Positions 30,766 to 43,827 of a DNA stretch of 64,000 nt are shown in pieces. The stretch's first letter is position 1. Each line of letters begins with the position of its first letter. The notes under the pieces are model-generated. The model saw only the letters and a program-made list of their open reading frames with translations. It searched no databases and was not told the DNA's origin. Made by a program: the position numbers and the translations under genes. This DNA comes from Saccharolobus islandicus REY15A (GTDB lineage: Archaea > Thermoproteota > Thermoprotei_A > Sulfolobales > Sulfolobaceae), in the NCBI RefSeq assembly GCF_000189555.1, contig NC_017276.1. The stretch is one strand, 5' to 3'.

Positions 30766-31336
30766 GCTTAATGGAGTAAGTCTTAGTTTATATTATAAGT
30801 TAGAAGTAAGAGATTTGAAAAATACTCATATAAAGGAACTTGTATCATTTAATCTTGTATTAAACGATGGTAGTCAAATAGGTAAATGTAATTACTTTAG
30901 CGGCAGGGGTTACTATACTCCTTGGTTAGAGATAGACTACTATCCTATTCTAAGAAATGAAAATCTAGAGGAAAATTTTTTCAAGGTTATATATAACTTC
31001 CTCTCTCCAGGAGGAAAACTATTTGTAACCTACATTAGGGATAATGAAACCCGTGAGATGCTATATAAGGGCACTCATCCTGTTGAGACTCCTCTAGGTT
31101 TATCATTATTATTAGCAGGCTTCACTTGGTTTAAAGATTGGTATTTTCCGGAGGGTGGTAACGAGGGCTTTCCTAAGCTACAGTCAAATAAGCCCCTTAA
31201 TGGTTATGAGGGAGTCAGACAGCTAGAGGTAATAAGAGAAGAAATTAAAAACGTGAATATCATTAAAAGGATAGATGAGTTAATTGACCATTATAGGAAA
31301 TCCAGAGATAGGACTATACACTGGAAAATTACCTAA
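30758..31336 (+). CDS. DUF1122-like conserved archaeal protein
   Basis: [33 protein letters not shown]...KLQ; family assignment from recall. Confidence 0.7.
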   Translation: MSELNGVSLSLYYKLEVRDLKNTHIKELVSFNLVLNDGSQIGKCNYFSGRGYYTPWLEIDYYPILRNENLEENFFKVIYNFLSPGGKLFVTYIRDNETREMLYKGTHPVETPLGLSLLLAGFTWFKDWYFPEGGNEGFPKLQSNKPLNGYEGVRQLEVIREEIKNVNIIKRIDELIDHYRKSRDRTIHWKIT

Positions 31337-32336
31337 AGGATGTGAACTCTGTAGGTTAGGAGGTAAATTAGTCCTCTTTATCACTGGCGAATGCGATGAC
31401 AACTGCTATTATTGTCCCGTAAGTGATGACAGATTTGGAAAAAATAGGATATTTGCAAATGAGACTGAAGTAAAAGACGCTATGGACGTCATATATGAGG
31501 CATATAGGATGAAAGCTCTAGGTGCGGGAATAACTGGTGGTGATCCTATTCTTGAAATAGGTAGAGTAATTGAGATTATTGACAAACTAAAGAATGAATT
31601 CGGTTCGGATTTTCATATTCATCTTTACACTACTGGACGTTATGTTAATGACGATGTAATGAAGGAGCTGGTTAGTGCAGGGCTGGATGAGATACGTTTT
31701 CACCCAGTAAAAGAGCTATATCTAAATGCAGTAAAGATAGCTTTAAAGTACGATATTGATGTAGGTTTAGAATTACCAGCTATTCCGAACGAGGGGGATA
31801 AAATTGTCAGATTAGTTAAATGGGCTGAGGAAAATAATGTTAAGTTTGTAAATTTAAATGAGCTCGAGCTAAATGCTAGGAACTATTTGAATCTAAATAG
31901 TAAAGGTCTTCATGCTAAACATGGAATAACGGGAGTAGAAGGTAGTTTTAATACTGCCTTAGATGTTCTAAAAAAATTTGAAGAAGACAAAAAGATTACT
32001 GTCCATTATTGTAGTTCTGTTTATAAAGATCTGGTGGAAACTAGAACTAGATTTTTTAGAATAATCAAATATAATTCAAAACCCTATGAGGAGTATACTA
32101 ATGAGGCCACAATTGTAAGAGCAATAGTTAAGACCAACCATAAGATTCCCTTATTGGAGAATTTTGGTGAGTTTAATGGTTCACATGAATACTCTGTTTC
32201 GCCAAGTATTATTAAAGATCTATTAAATGAGTACACTGATTTAATAGACGAAATTTATATAGTTGAGGAGCACCCTGATTCACGAAGATTAAGAGTAGGA
32301 GAGAAGCTAATTTATTCTAAATCTAAGAATGGCTAA
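31284..32336 (+). CDS. Radical SAM protein (COG2108-like, uncharacterised)
   Basis: CDDNCYYC (CxxxCxxC), ITGGDP, DEIRFHP. Confidence 0.88.
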   Translation: MTIIGNPEIGLYTGKLPKGCELCRLGGKLVLFITGECDDNCYYCPVSDDRFGKNRIFANETEVKDAMDVIYEAYRMKALGAGITGGDPILEIGRVIEIIDKLKNEFGSDFHIHLYTTGRYVNDDVMKELVSAGLDEIRFHPVKELYLNAVKIALKYDIDVGLELPAIPNEGDKIVRLVKWAEENNVKFVNLNELELNARNYLNLNSKGLHAKHGITGVEGSFNTALDVLKKFEEDKKITVHYCSSVYKDLVETRTRFFRIIKYNSKPYEEYTNEATIVRAIVKTNHKIPLLENFGEFNGSHEYSVSPSIIKDLLNEYTDLIDEIYIVEEHPDSRRLRVGEKLIYSKSKNG

Positions 32337-33341
32337 TATACCAGTAAGATTCTTTAATTCAAAATAGATTGGCGATTCTTTAGGCACTAATATTATCTCC
32401 CCCCTTTTATTTTCTATATCCTCAAGAATTCTTTCAATTGCTAGCCTTTCTTGATTGTTTGAAGATAATAGGTCTTCGATCAGTAAAACTGTTTCTACAG
32501 CACCCATTTCGACGGCATTCTTCACTTGTTCCAAGCCATAGGTCACTAGTTCTGGTTGTTTCGCCAAAAGTTCCATAGCCTTTTCCATTTTCTTAGCTCC
32601 TATTGCAATCTCATAATCTGACATTATCTTGTCTATTATATCTCTCTTCAATATCTCATGAAGACCAGCCCTAGTGGCCGATGATACGCTATCAATATAA
32701 ACCTTCTTATTTTTTAAAATATTATTTACATTTTTAGCAACTTCCTCTTTAAAGAATCCAGGCCCAGCTAGTAGTATAGCATCTGGATTGTATTGTTTCA
32801 CATACTCTGCAAGCTCCGTTGCAACCTCCAACGCATTTTGCTCTATTATTCCTTCTTCTTCATTTAATGATCTTAATGATTTCTCCGAGAGTATCTTTAT
32901 CCCTTGCTCAAATGGTATTGCAATTAAATACTCATCAAAATCTACCAATGCAATTATTATCTTGCTTCTCTTATCAGCTTGCTTCTTAAGTTTATCTAAC
33001 GCATACTTATTCCATTGTTGTTTTATAATAATAATCTCATCTCCTATATCTAAATTAATAGTATGATGAGCTCCTCTTATTCCAAATCTTTCAGGAGCAT
33101 CTTCTATTATTCCATGAATTCGTAATCTATTTGTGAACTCTTGAAACTCTGTATAATCTACTTTAAGGACAATGGTCATTGGTATTCTTCTACTCTCCTT
33201 TCCCAATCCTATATCTCGGGTAGTTTTAGCTACTACTTTATCACCTTTTTCTAGAATTAAATGTAAAATCCATAAATCGTCCTCTGACTCTATATGTAGT
33301 TTGGCTGCTTGGCGTTTCTCATCAAATTCTAATATCCTCAC
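32307..33341 (-). CDS. pelA: Pelota/Dom34 ribosome rescue factor
   Basis: [30 protein letters not shown]-terminal eRF1-like domain 3. Confidence 0.95.
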   Translation of the reverse strand: MRILEFDEKRQAAKLHIESEDDLWILHLILEKGDKVVAKTTRDIGLGKESRRIPMTIVLKVDYTEFQEFTNRLRIHGIIEDAPERFGIRGAHHTINLDIGDEIIIIKQQWNKYALDKLKKQADKRSKIIIALVDFDEYLIAIPFEQGIKILSEKSLRSLNEEEGIIEQNALEVATELAEYVKQYNPDAILLAGPGFFKEEVAKNVNNILKNKKVYIDSVSSATRAGLHEILKRDIIDKIMSDYEIAIGAKKMEKAMELLAKQPELVTYGLEQVKNAVEMGAVETVLLIEDLLSSNNQERLAIERILEDIENKRGEIILVPKESPIYFELKNLTGILAILRFRIN

Positions 33342-33360
33342 AAATTATAGTTTCATAGCT

Positions 33361-33816
33361 ATGGTAATTATAACTGATGCAACAGAGGCAGATTTAGGTC
33401 AGATATTTCAGATAGAGACGGAAAGCTTTGACGATCCGTATCCCTATTCGTTATTAAGGACATATTTGTTTCTTGCGAATAAACTTTACTTGGTTGCAAA
33501 AGAAGGAGAGAAAATAATAGGGTATATAATAGGCATAATTCAATATGGCTATAGAGGGCACATCGTTTCAATAGCTGTAGAACCCGCATACAGAAAGAAG
33601 GGTATTGGCACCAAACTTCTGAGTGAGATTGAGGAAAGATTCAAGTTGAATGGAGCGAAATACTCATATTTAGAAGTCAATATTAATAACTTGCCAGCAA
33701 TTTCCTTTTATCAAGAAAACGGTTATCTTATAATGTATATCCGTAGGAATTATTATGGAAGAGGTAAGCACGCGTTTGTGATGATAAAGAATTTATACTA
33801 TAAATTTTTAGATTAA
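33361..33816 (+). CDS. rimI: RimI/Ard1-type GNAT N-acetyltransferase
   Basis: HIVSIAVEPAYRKKGIG, YLEV...N..AI.FY, YY; real start ATG 33361 (the track ORF extends into pelota). Confidence 0.85.
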   Translation: MVIITDATEADLGQIFQIETESFDDPYPYSLLRTYLFLANKLYLVAKEGEKIIGYIIGIIQYGYRGHIVSIAVEPAYRKKGIGTKLLSEIEERFKLNGAKYSYLEVNINNLPAISFYQENGYLIMYIRRNYYGRGKHAFVMIKNLYYKFLD

Positions 33817-33867
33817 TTGTTAGAAACTTTGAATAAATTAAAAAGCCAGTCATTTGGTTAGTAATAT

Positions 33868-36159
33868 ATGATTAAGGATTTCTTTATATTAGACTTCTCT
33901 TATGAAATCAAAGATAACATTCCACTAATTTACATTTGGAGCATTGATGATGAAGGTAACAGTTGCGTAGTAGTAGAGAGAAATTTTAAACCATATTTTT
34001 ACCTCGTATATGAGGGTAATGGGGATGAAATAATTGAAAACATAAGAAAGAATTGTGAGGTTCTCCTAATTACTAAAGTTAAAAGGAAATACTTAGGTAA
34101 TGTTGTAGATGCTCTACTTGTTCAAACTTCCACACCTACTCAAATTAAGAGGTGCAGAGAAAAGATCAGTAGGATAAATGGTATAAAAAGTATTTTCGAT
34201 GCGGACATAAGGTTTACTATGAGATATTCAATAGATTTCGATCTAAGACCATTTACTTGGTTTAAGGCTGAAGTAAGTGAGGTAAAGCTGGAGGGTTTTC
34301 GCGCAAAAAAAGTATATATTTTAGATAAAATTCTTTCGCACTATGAGGGTAAGATACCAGAATTAAGGGCTATTGGGATCGATTTTCAGATCTATAGTAA
34401 ATATGGATCCTTGAACCCTAGAAAAGATCCAATAGTTGTTTTGAGCTTGTGGAGCAAGGAAGGTAGCATGCAATTTAGTTTAGACGAAAGCATGGATGAT
34501 CTTAAAATTATAAGGAAATTCGTTGACTACATATTGAATTATGACCCCGATATAATATATGTCTTTGATGTAGACGTCTTTCATTGGAAATATATTACAG
34601 AAAGAGCCAATTCGTTAGGAGTGAAAATAGATATAGGAAGGAAGATAGGCTCTGAAGTGAGTCAAGGTACCTATGGGCACTACTCGATTTCAGGGAGACT
34701 TAACGTAGATTTAGTTGGTCTACTAATGAATGAGAGATTAACTGGTCATGTAGATTTGATTGAAGTAGCGAATTATTTAGGTATATCTCCTAGGCGTGAC
34801 TCCTTAAATTGGTATGAAATTTCAAGATATTGGGATGACGAGAAGAATAGAGATCTAGTCAAACAATATAGTTTAGAAAATGCTAAATCCATATATCTAT
34901 TAGGCAACTTTCTATTATCGCCTTATAGTGAACTGGTTAAGATAACTGGTCTACCTTTAGATAAATTATCAGTAGCTAGTTGGGGAAATAGGATCGAGGC
35001 TTCACTAATAAGGACCGCTGCAAAATCTGAGGAATTAATCCCAATTCGAATGGATAATCCTAATCGTTCTTCAAAAATAAAGAAGACCGTTATTGAACCA
35101 AAGATTGGTATCTATAGCGATGCTTATGTTCTTGATATATCATCAGTTTATCTATCAGTAATAAGGAAATTCAATATAGGTCCAGATACTCTAGTCAAAG
35201 GGCAGTGCGATGATTGTTATGCGTCCACAATCTCTAATTACAAATTTAAGAGAGAACCGTCAAGTCTTTATAAAACATTTCTGGAAGAATTAAGTAATAT
35301 TCAAGATATTAGAAAATCAGAGGTAATTGAAGAATTAATGTCATCATTTTATGATTATATTCATTGGATAAATTCAAGATGGTACTCAAGAGAGATTGCA
35401 AGTGCGGTAGACGAGTTAAGTTATGAAATAGTTAAGTTGATTATAGATCTAATTAAAAACTCAGGTTTCGAAGTGATTTTAGCTAATGACCTTTTAGTAT
35501 TTGTGAAAGGAGGATCTGGAGATAAACTGAATGAATTAATATTTAAGATAAATAGCCTATACGATCTTAACCTTAAGGTAAGGAAGATCTACAGATCATT
35601 ATTAATCTTAGGTAATGATAGGTATGCAGGGTTATTAGAAGGAGATAAGATAGATATTGCAAGAATAGGTAAAGAGGATATGGATCTTTGTGAATTGGTT
35701 AGGAATGTAAAAAGAAAAGTTGTAGAAGAAATATTAATTAGTAAAGATGTTAAGAAAGCAGTAAAGTTAGTTAAGTCTGCTATAATCAAGTTGAGGAGAG
35801 GGGAATTTAATATTGGGGAATTAATAACTTGGGTTCATATAGAAAAAGATCTTAGCGAGTACGATAAACAACTAGCTTTTGTAGTTGCTGCAAGAAAAGC
35901 TATTCAATCTGGTTATTTAATATCTAAAGATTCAAGAATAGGTTATCTTATAGTAAAGGGTCATGGTAGTGTTCATGATCGTGCAGAACCTTTTTTCTTT
36001 GTCAAGGAGAAAAACAGAATAGATATAGAATATTACGTTGATCAACTACTCAGAGAATCTCTAAAGGTACTCACACCTTTAGGAGTAAGTGAGGAGAGTT
36101 TGAAAAAAACTAATATAACTGATATACTAGATATGTTCGGGGCTTCTAAGAAGAAATAA
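33868..36159 (+). CDS. dpo3: Family B DNA polymerase Dpo3 (PolB3) with degenerate motifs
   Basis: PolB N-terminal, exo and palm architecture; motif A DISSVY; motifs B and C degenerate; adjacent to dnaG. Confidence 0.88.
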   Translation: MIKDFFILDFSYEIKDNIPLIYIWSIDDEGNSCVVVERNFKPYFYLVYEGNGDEIIENIRKNCEVLLITKVKRKYLGNVVDALLVQTSTPTQIKRCREKISRINGIKSIFDADIRFTMRYSIDFDLRPFTWFKAEVSEVKLEGFRAKKVYILDKILSHYEGKIPELRAIGIDFQIYSKYGSLNPRKDPIVVLSLWSKEGSMQFSLDESMDDLKIIRKFVDYILNYDPDIIYVFDVDVFHWKYITERANSLGVKIDIGRKIGSEVSQGTYGHYSISGRLNVDLVGLLMNERLTGHVDLIEVANYLGISPRRDSLNWYEISRYWDDEKNRDLVKQYSLENAKSIYLLGNFLLSPYSELVKITGLPLDKLSVASWGNRIEASLIRTAAKSEELIPIRMDNPNRSSKIKKTVIEPKIGIYSDAYVLDISSVYLSVIRKFNIGPDTLVKGQCDDCYASTISNYKFKREPSSLYKTFLEELSNIQDIRKSEVIEELMSSFYDYIHWINSRWYSREIASAVDELSYEIVKLIIDLIKNSGFEVILANDLLVFVKGGSGDKLNELIFKINSLYDLNLKVRKIYRSLLILGNDRYAGLLEGDKIDIARIGKEDMDLCELVRNVKRKVVEEILISKDVKKAVKLVKSAIIKLRRGEFNIGELITWVHIEKDLSEYDKQLAFVVAARKAIQSGYLISKDSRIGYLIVKGHGSVHDRAEPFFFVKEKNRIDIEYYVDQLLRESLKVLTPLGVSEESLKKTNITDILDMFGASKKK

Positions 36160-37366
36160 TGTCAGTAAATGTTAATATGTCGACGTTTTGTGGTCTCTTG
36201 TTTATTCCACCTATTCTAGCTCCTATTATCATCTTAATATTCTTTTGAGAGGCTAGATCTAGTAGTCTTTGAGTTATAACTCCATCAAATACTATATATG
36301 ATACTTTATTATCTTCGTAAGCCTCTAGCTTAGGTATTATATCTCGCACTTGAACTTTCTCAATTAAATTCCAATTATTATCGTAGAGAACACCTTCTAA
36401 AGTTCCTGGAAGTTTTTTGATCTCTTCTAAAACATTCTGTGGTAAAGTTATCTGCACTAGCTGTTGTGCAGCTTCAAGTTGTATTGGTTTTTCTTCTTTT
36501 GCAATCACATTTTTAGCTATCGCTTGTTCTGCCTCCTGAATCTTCTTTAGGTATTGAGTTAATGGCATCATATTAGATAGTGCTTTTGCGATCTCCTTCC
36601 CTGTTAACTCTTCTACTTCTCTCCCTACTGGTGCTCTTGCTACAAAATCTATCTTTACATTATTACTCAATAATTCTTTGAGTATTAGATCTCCACCATG
36701 ATCTCCGTCTAAAAACGCTATTACTGTCTTCTTCATCTTGGATAAACTAACTACTGTTTCTGGTATCCTTGATGTTGCCCCTTCTACAGCTATTACGTTT
36801 TTATAACCATATCTTAGTAAGTTTATTACGTCAGCTCTTCCCTCTACTATAATTAAATTAGGATCCTTATCCACATCTGGACCAGCGGGTAATCTTTCTG
36901 GTCCATACTCTGTTATTTCGCCTACCTTTACTGCACTGCTTATCTCGTTTATTACTTCCTTTATATCTAGTGATTTCTCTTTACTCCAGCTTGATAAGAT
37001 TCCCTTTGCTCTTTCTATGATTTTTTTAAGTTTTTCAGCCCTAATGTCTTCTATTTCTATCAGTTCAAATTTTGAATTATACGGTCCTACCTTGTCTACG
37101 CTTTCAACCATTGCAGCAATTAACGCAGTCTCAATCCTGTCTAAGTTAGATGGTATTATTATTTCCCCTTCGCTTTTTCCTCCTTTAGTTCTAATCTCTA
37201 CAATAATTCTTCCTAATCTTCCTTTATCTTGTAACTCTCTTAGGTCAAATTCGTCTCCAAATAGGTTTTCAGTTTGACCAAATATTGCGCCTATTACATC
37301 AGTTTTTTCGACAATACCTTCTACTTCAAATCTTAACTTTATATCATATTTCATTTGGAAGCTCAC
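36146..37366 (-). CDS. dnaG: Archaeal DnaG-like primase (exosome-associated)
   Basis: DVIGAIFGQTE, TOPRIM VEGRADV...DGDHGGD. Confidence 0.95.
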   Translation of the reverse strand: MSFQMKYDIKLRFEVEGIVEKTDVIGAIFGQTENLFGDEFDLRELQDKGRLGRIIVEIRTKGGKSEGEIIIPSNLDRIETALIAAMVESVDKVGPYNSKFELIEIEDIRAEKLKKIIERAKGILSSWSKEKSLDIKEVINEISSAVKVGEITEYGPERLPAGPDVDKDPNLIIVEGRADVINLLRYGYKNVIAVEGATSRIPETVVSLSKMKKTVIAFLDGDHGGDLILKELLSNNVKIDFVARAPVGREVEELTGKEIAKALSNMMPLTQYLKKIQEAEQAIAKNVIAKEEKPIQLEAAQQLVQITLPQNVLEEIKKLPGTLEGVLYDNNWNLIEKVQVRDIIPKLEAYEDNKVSYIVFDGVITQRLLDLASQKNIKMIIGARIGGINKRPQNVDILTFTDIISS

Positions 37367-37373
37367 CTTTACA

Positions 37374-38474
37374 TTACCTTGTTACACTTTTAGATATCTT
37401 CTGAATCATTTCCTCGAATTCGGGTTTCCTTTCTAAACTCTTTCTTATAGGTTCTAATATCTCATTTAATCTTCTCGCAGTAGCCTTCTTTAAATCCATC
37501 GGATGTATTTTTCCTTCAATATAAGCCCTTTCTAACTCCTCGTAATCCTTAAATTCAACGTCTCCACCATATCTAATATCTCTTTCAATCTTTACAAAAT
37601 TATAACGTGGAAATATAATATACTTCAATATTTGAAGAATTGGATTATTTTCTGCTACACCTTTAGGACAATATGCACCCATTATCTTTCTCTCTACATC
37701 CTCTCTACTATCACTAACGAAGATCGCAGATTCTGGCTTTGACTTGCTCATTTTTATCTCAGCTTGTATGTCATCTTCTTCCATTCCCTCCGTTATGCTC
37801 ATTCTCTGCCCTCCTTGAAGCCCAACTAAAAGTGGTGTATGTATCGATACTATCTTCTTCTTGCCCATTTTTTCTGCTACATCTCTTGCTAACATGTGGG
37901 CTTTTCTCTGATCTGTTCCTCCTAGTGCAATATCTAAATCTAGGTAAAATATGTCACTAACTTGCATGGCTGGATATATCAGTTTTGATGCGTCTATTTC
38001 CGCTTCTTCTGCTCTTCTCCCCATTATTGTTAGTGCTCTTTTTATTCTGGCTAGACTAGAGTTCTTAGCTACTTTTATTACAAGAGCCCAATAATCTTTC
38101 TCCTTAACCATATCGTCAGCATCAACTATGTTTAACTTAGTTGTGTCAACTCCGTAATTCTTTATTACTTCAACTGTGTAATCAGCTGCCATCTTTATTA
38201 GGCTTAGATCTCCACCTAACTTATCGTTAATCCACGCATGCCAAGTTGCTCTTAATAAGGTCATATTAACGCCTGCTTCCACTAAATCTTTCACTTTTTG
38301 CGTCCATATCAACCATCCAATGTGAAAGAGCCCACTTGGCTCAAATCCTATATAACCTTTTAATTTCTCTTCAGATTCTAATTTTTTCCTTAACTCATCT
38401 ATAGTTATTATTTCAGCTGCATTTCTCGTTATAAGCTGTAACCTTTGATCGATACTCATAATCAGTTTCCCCAA
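37374..38474 (-). CDS. tyrS: Tyrosyl-tRNA synthetase
   Basis: YIGFEPSGLFHIG, YPAMQVSD, GGTDQRKAH, KMSKS. Confidence 0.96.
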   Translation of the reverse strand: MGKLIMSIDQRLQLITRNAAEIITIDELRKKLESEEKLKGYIGFEPSGLFHIGWLIWTQKVKDLVEAGVNMTLLRATWHAWINDKLGGDLSLIKMAADYTVEVIKNYGVDTTKLNIVDADDMVKEKDYWALVIKVAKNSSLARIKRALTIMGRRAEEAEIDASKLIYPAMQVSDIFYLDLDIALGGTDQRKAHMLARDVAEKMGKKKIVSIHTPLLVGLQGGQRMSITEGMEEDDIQAEIKMSKSKPESAIFVSDSREDVERKIMGAYCPKGVAENNPILQILKYIIFPRYNFVKIERDIRYGGDVEFKDYEELERAYIEGKIHPMDLKKATARRLNEILEPIRKSLERKPEFEEMIQKISKSVTR

Positions 38475-38504
38475 AAAGTAAAAAGAAGTTTAAGTAAAAA
38501 AGCG

Positions 38505-38858
38505 CTAATCATCTTTGAATTGTTTCAAAAAGAGAACAACTGGATGCGTATTTCCCAGTTTTTTCTCGAGATCATCTATTACATATTCAAAATCGAGGTC
38601 CGTCTCAAGTATTCTCCTTAGAAGTACTTTGATGAATAAGTAACTGTTTAACATTACTTTTTCATTTAAAACAAATTTGTGATCACTATCATCTTCATCT
38701 TTAAATAATTTGAACATAGTATAGTTATTACTATTATTGTTATTTGCCATTAAATTGTAAATGTAATCATCTACTAGTTTTTGAATACAACTTTCACTTT
38801 CACAATCATATAACTTTTCAAAAGGAGGTTTGTTTGTGGGTGGCAATTTTTGTCCCAT
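38505..38858 (-). CDS. Hypothetical protein
   Basis: 117-aa ORF co-oriented with tyrS; no motif recognised. Confidence 0.6.
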   Translation of the reverse strand: MGQKLPPTNKPPFEKLYDCESESCIQKLVDDYIYNLMANNNNSNNYTMFKLFKDEDDSDHKFVLNEKVMLNSYLFIKVLLRRILETDLDFEYVIDDLEKKLGNTHPVVLFLKQFKDD

Positions 38859-39054
38859 ATTTATTACGCTAATACTACTAAAAAAGCTATTATTATCCCG
38901 TTATTTTACGATAAACACGACCTTAATCACTACACAGATTCCTTTTGGTTACTAGTTGAAAAAATTAAGATATAATACTTTACTCTTATTGTATTTTAAA
39001 ACCAAATACATCTAATCGTGTGATGGGAAAAATATATTATAATGGTATTACATT

Positions 39055-40341
39055 TTGCGTTTAATGGATTTGGAGGGAATAGTGAGAAGACTTTATCCAG
39101 ACGTTGAAAAGGCAAAAACGAAACTAATAGAGGAAATAAGGTTCTATAAGGGTGATAGGTATAATGCAGAGGAGATCTCTAACGTTATTTTGACTGAGGT
39201 TATGAATTCCATGAAAGCTGATAGCATATTTGGTTTTCCTAAAACTAACATAAAAGCTGGAGAAGCAGGATTAGGATCTAGAGGTATAGGGGATAATTTA
39301 ATACATACCAAGTTATTTGAATTGGCTGGTAAGCAAATCGAAGAATATGATGACGCGGGAATAAGGGAAAACATAGTTGTTTCTATAGATGGTATTCATT
39401 CGAGGCTCTCTTATTTCCCGTTCCTAGCTGGTTTCTATGCTACCAGAGCAACATTGAGGGATATAATGGTCAAGGGAGCCTACCCATTAGGCCTAATCGT
39501 AGATATACATCTTTCTGATGATAGCGATGTAGGAATGTTAATAGACTTTGAGGCAGGCGTTACTTCAATTGGTAAAGCTTTAAATGTGCCAATATTAAGT
39601 GGTAGTACGTTAAGAATAGGTGGAGACTTAGTTTTAGGAGATAGAATAAGCGGGGCCGTAGGTTCAATAGGAGTATTGAAGTCTAAGGATTTCTTAAGAA
39701 GAAGAGTAACGAAAGGATTGAAAATACTCATGACTGAAGGAAATGGTGGTGGGACCATTGCCACTACAGCCATTTATAATGGTATGCCCGATGTGATTTC
39801 GGAAACGCTTAATATTAAGGACCTAATCACTTGTATCGTAGTTAGGGATCATTTGTCAAGTAATGTTTATTCTATGACAGATGTTACTAATGGCGGGATA
39901 CGTGCTGATGCCTTGGAGGTTTCAAAAATAACCAACCTAAGTTTTGTGATAGATGATGAGAAGTTTCTTTCATTAATAAATCCAAAAGTAAGAAAAATGC
40001 TAGAAGAGATTAACATAGACCCCTTTGGTATATCAATCGATTCAATACTTATATTTACTGACAACCCAGATTTAGTTAAAGAGAGATTAGCTCAACATAA
40101 TATTAGAAGTGAAGTCATAGGTTATATAGATGATTTTAGACAATATCCTATAATTACATATGGAGGAAAAGAACTTAAACCACAATTTAGGGAAAGTCCT
40201 TATACTCCTATAAAGAAATATATTGGGAATTATTCTCCTTATAGCATAGAATATATATCAAATCGTTTAGACTATGCTATAGCTGAGGCCAAAACAAAAA
40301 TGGATAACGTATTGAAAAACTTAAAAACTAGTTTTACATAG
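39055..40341 (+). CDS. PurM/AIR-synthase superfamily protein (SelD/ThiL-related)
   Basis: DDAG, SIDG, GGTL-like SGST, TDVTNGG. Confidence 0.8.
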   Translation: MRLMDLEGIVRRLYPDVEKAKTKLIEEIRFYKGDRYNAEEISNVILTEVMNSMKADSIFGFPKTNIKAGEAGLGSRGIGDNLIHTKLFELAGKQIEEYDDAGIRENIVVSIDGIHSRLSYFPFLAGFYATRATLRDIMVKGAYPLGLIVDIHLSDDSDVGMLIDFEAGVTSIGKALNVPILSGSTLRIGGDLVLGDRISGAVGSIGVLKSKDFLRRRVTKGLKILMTEGNGGGTIATTAIYNGMPDVISETLNIKDLITCIVVRDHLSSNVYSMTDVTNGGIRADALEVSKITNLSFVIDDEKFLSLINPKVRKMLEEINIDPFGISIDSILIFTDNPDLVKERLAQHNIRSEVIGYIDDFRQYPIITYGGKELKPQFRESPYTPIKKYIGNYSPYSIEYISNRLDYAIAEAKTKMDNVLKNLKTSFT

Positions 40342-40361
40342 ACCATACAAGCTGATACTTA

Positions 40362-40862
40362 ATGAGTCAACAGTTTAAGTACGTTGTTAGAATTTTTGGA
40401 CAAGATGTAGATGGAACTATGAAACTACCTTACGCCTTAGCAATGGTAAAAGGAATTGGTTATAATACTGCTAAAGCAATGATACTAAAACTAGGGATGG
40501 ATCCAAACGCGAGATTAGGTGAATTATCTGATGCTGATATAAAGAAAGTTGAGTCTGTAATAAGTGATCATGCAATTAAAGGTTTACCTAGTTGGTTATA
40601 TAATAGGCGTAAAGACTATGAGAGTGGCTTAGATCTTCATTTAGTTACTTCTGATCTAATCTTTTACGTAAGAAATGATATAGAAAGAGAGAAGAAGAGT
40701 AGAAGTTGGAGAGGAGTTAGGCATTCATTGGGCTTAAAGGTTAGAGGACAAAGAACAAGGACTACGGGAAGAACTGGTATGACTATAGGTGTAGCTAGAA
40801 AGAAAGCCGCACAACCCCAAGCTCAACAATCTTCTTCCCAACAACAACAGAAATCCTCTTAA
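40362..40862 (+). CDS. rps13: 30S ribosomal protein S13
   Basis: [28 protein letters not shown]. Confidence 0.97.
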   Translation: MSQQFKYVVRIFGQDVDGTMKLPYALAMVKGIGYNTAKAMILKLGMDPNARLGELSDADIKKVESVISDHAIKGLPSWLYNRRKDYESGLDLHLVTSDLIFYVRNDIEREKKSRSWRGVRHSLGLKVRGQRTRTTGRTGMTIGVARKKAAQPQAQQSSSQQQQKSS

Positions 40863-40872
40863 GGTGATCTAG

Positions 40873-41401
40873 ATGGGAGATCCTAAAAAAAGTAGGAAAA
40901 AATGGGAAAGTCCAGGTCATCCATGGATAAAAGAAAGAATAGGTTATGAGCAAGAACTGTTAGGAAAATACGGTCTAAGAAACAAAAGGGAAATCTGGAT
41001 AGCACAGTCAATAATTAGAAAGTTTAGACACCAAGCAAGATCATTATTAGCATTGCCACCTGCAGAAAGGGCCGTCAGGGAGAAACAATTAGTCGGGAAG
41101 TTATTGAAGATGGGTTTGTTAAAGAGGGAAACTGCAACTGTAGATGATATTCTAAGTTTAACTGAGCAAGATCTATTGGAGAGAAGATTGCAAACTATAG
41201 TGTATAAGAAAGGATTAGCAAATACAACATATCAGGCTAGGCAATTAATAATTCATGGGCACATTGCGGTCAATGGTAAAAGAGTTACGTCTCCAGGTTA
41301 TATTGTTAATGTAGATGAGGAAAATCTAATCGATTATTACGTTACTTCCTCATTTAAATCAAGACCACCAGTTATGGCACAACAGGAAGGAGGTGAAGCA
41401 G

Positions 41402-41418
<17 letters not shown>
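40873..41418 (+). CDS. rps4: 30S ribosomal protein S4
   Basis: [30 protein letters not shown]. Confidence 0.97.
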
Positions 41419-42961
<1,543 letters not shown>

Positions 42962-42965
<4 letters not shown>

Positions 42966-43411
42966 GTACGCAAGTTCAAGAGCAAGAAGTAGTAATTAAC
43001 GCTGAAGGTCAGATCTTAGGTAGAATGGCGAGTAACATAGTTAGATTATTAAAGGAAGGTAAAAAGGTAGTTATAGTAAATGGAGAAAAAGCAGTAATAA
43101 GTGGGGAGAAAAACAGAGTTATCGAGTCCTATAAATTACTTTTAACAGTAAGAACGCTTTTTAATCCTTATAGAAATGGGATTAGAAGGCCTAAATCACC
43201 GATAAATATAGTTAAAAGGACTATTAGAGGAATGTTACCTAAAAGTAGTAAGGGACGTAGAATGCTTAAGAACGTTAAGGTATATATTGGAGTGCCGAAG
43301 GAATTTGAGGGGAGACAATTTATTAAATTCCCAGACGCTGATGTGAGTAGACTTAAAGGTAAGTATGTCACAGTAGAAGTAGTTGCAAAAGAGCTAGGGT
43401 GGAGTGGATGA
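42962..43411 (+). CDS. rpl13: 50S ribosomal protein L13
   Basis: [25 protein letters not shown]. Confidence 0.95.
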
Positions 43412-43821
43412 GTGAGGAACAGAAAGTAATTATTTCCAGTGCTAGAAGGAAGACAGCTAGAGCTACATGTTATATATTCCCCGGGAAAGGAAGAGTGTTC
43501 GTAAATAACATTCCAATTGAGTTAATACCAATTGAAATGGTAAGATTGAAAGTTATGGAACCATTACTTTTAGCTGGGAATGGCGTTAGATCAAAGATAG
43601 ATGCCAAAATAGTAACTTATGGGGGTGGGATAATGGGCCAGGCTGATGCAGCAAGGATGGCTTTGGCTAGGGCATTGGTTAAGTTCACTGGTAGTGATGA
43701 ATTAAAGAAAATATATAGGGCTTATGATAGGACAATGCTAGCTGGAGATCCAAGGCAGACAGAATCAGAGAAATGGATGAGATATAGTGCAAGGAGATGG
43801 AGGCAGAAATCGTATAGGTGA
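43408..43821 (+). CDS. rps9: 30S ribosomal protein S9
   Basis: RRKTARA, GGGIMGQADA, ARRWRQKSYR. Confidence 0.96.
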   Translation: MSEEQKVIISSARRKTARATCYIFPGKGRVFVNNIPIELIPIEMVRLKVMEPLLLAGNGVRSKIDAKIVTYGGGIMGQADAARMALARALVKFTGSDELKKIYRAYDRTMLAGDPRQTESEKWMRYSARRWRQKSYR

Positions 43822-43827
43822 ATCTAT

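Noticed and set aside
33172-33360. N-terminal extension of the GNAT ORF
   Set aside because: Overlaps pelota antisense; the protein begins at ATG 33361.
40800-40862. CAA-rich repeat giving a Gln/Ser tail on S13
   Set aside because: Low-complexity tail typical of Sulfolobus S13; not a separate element.
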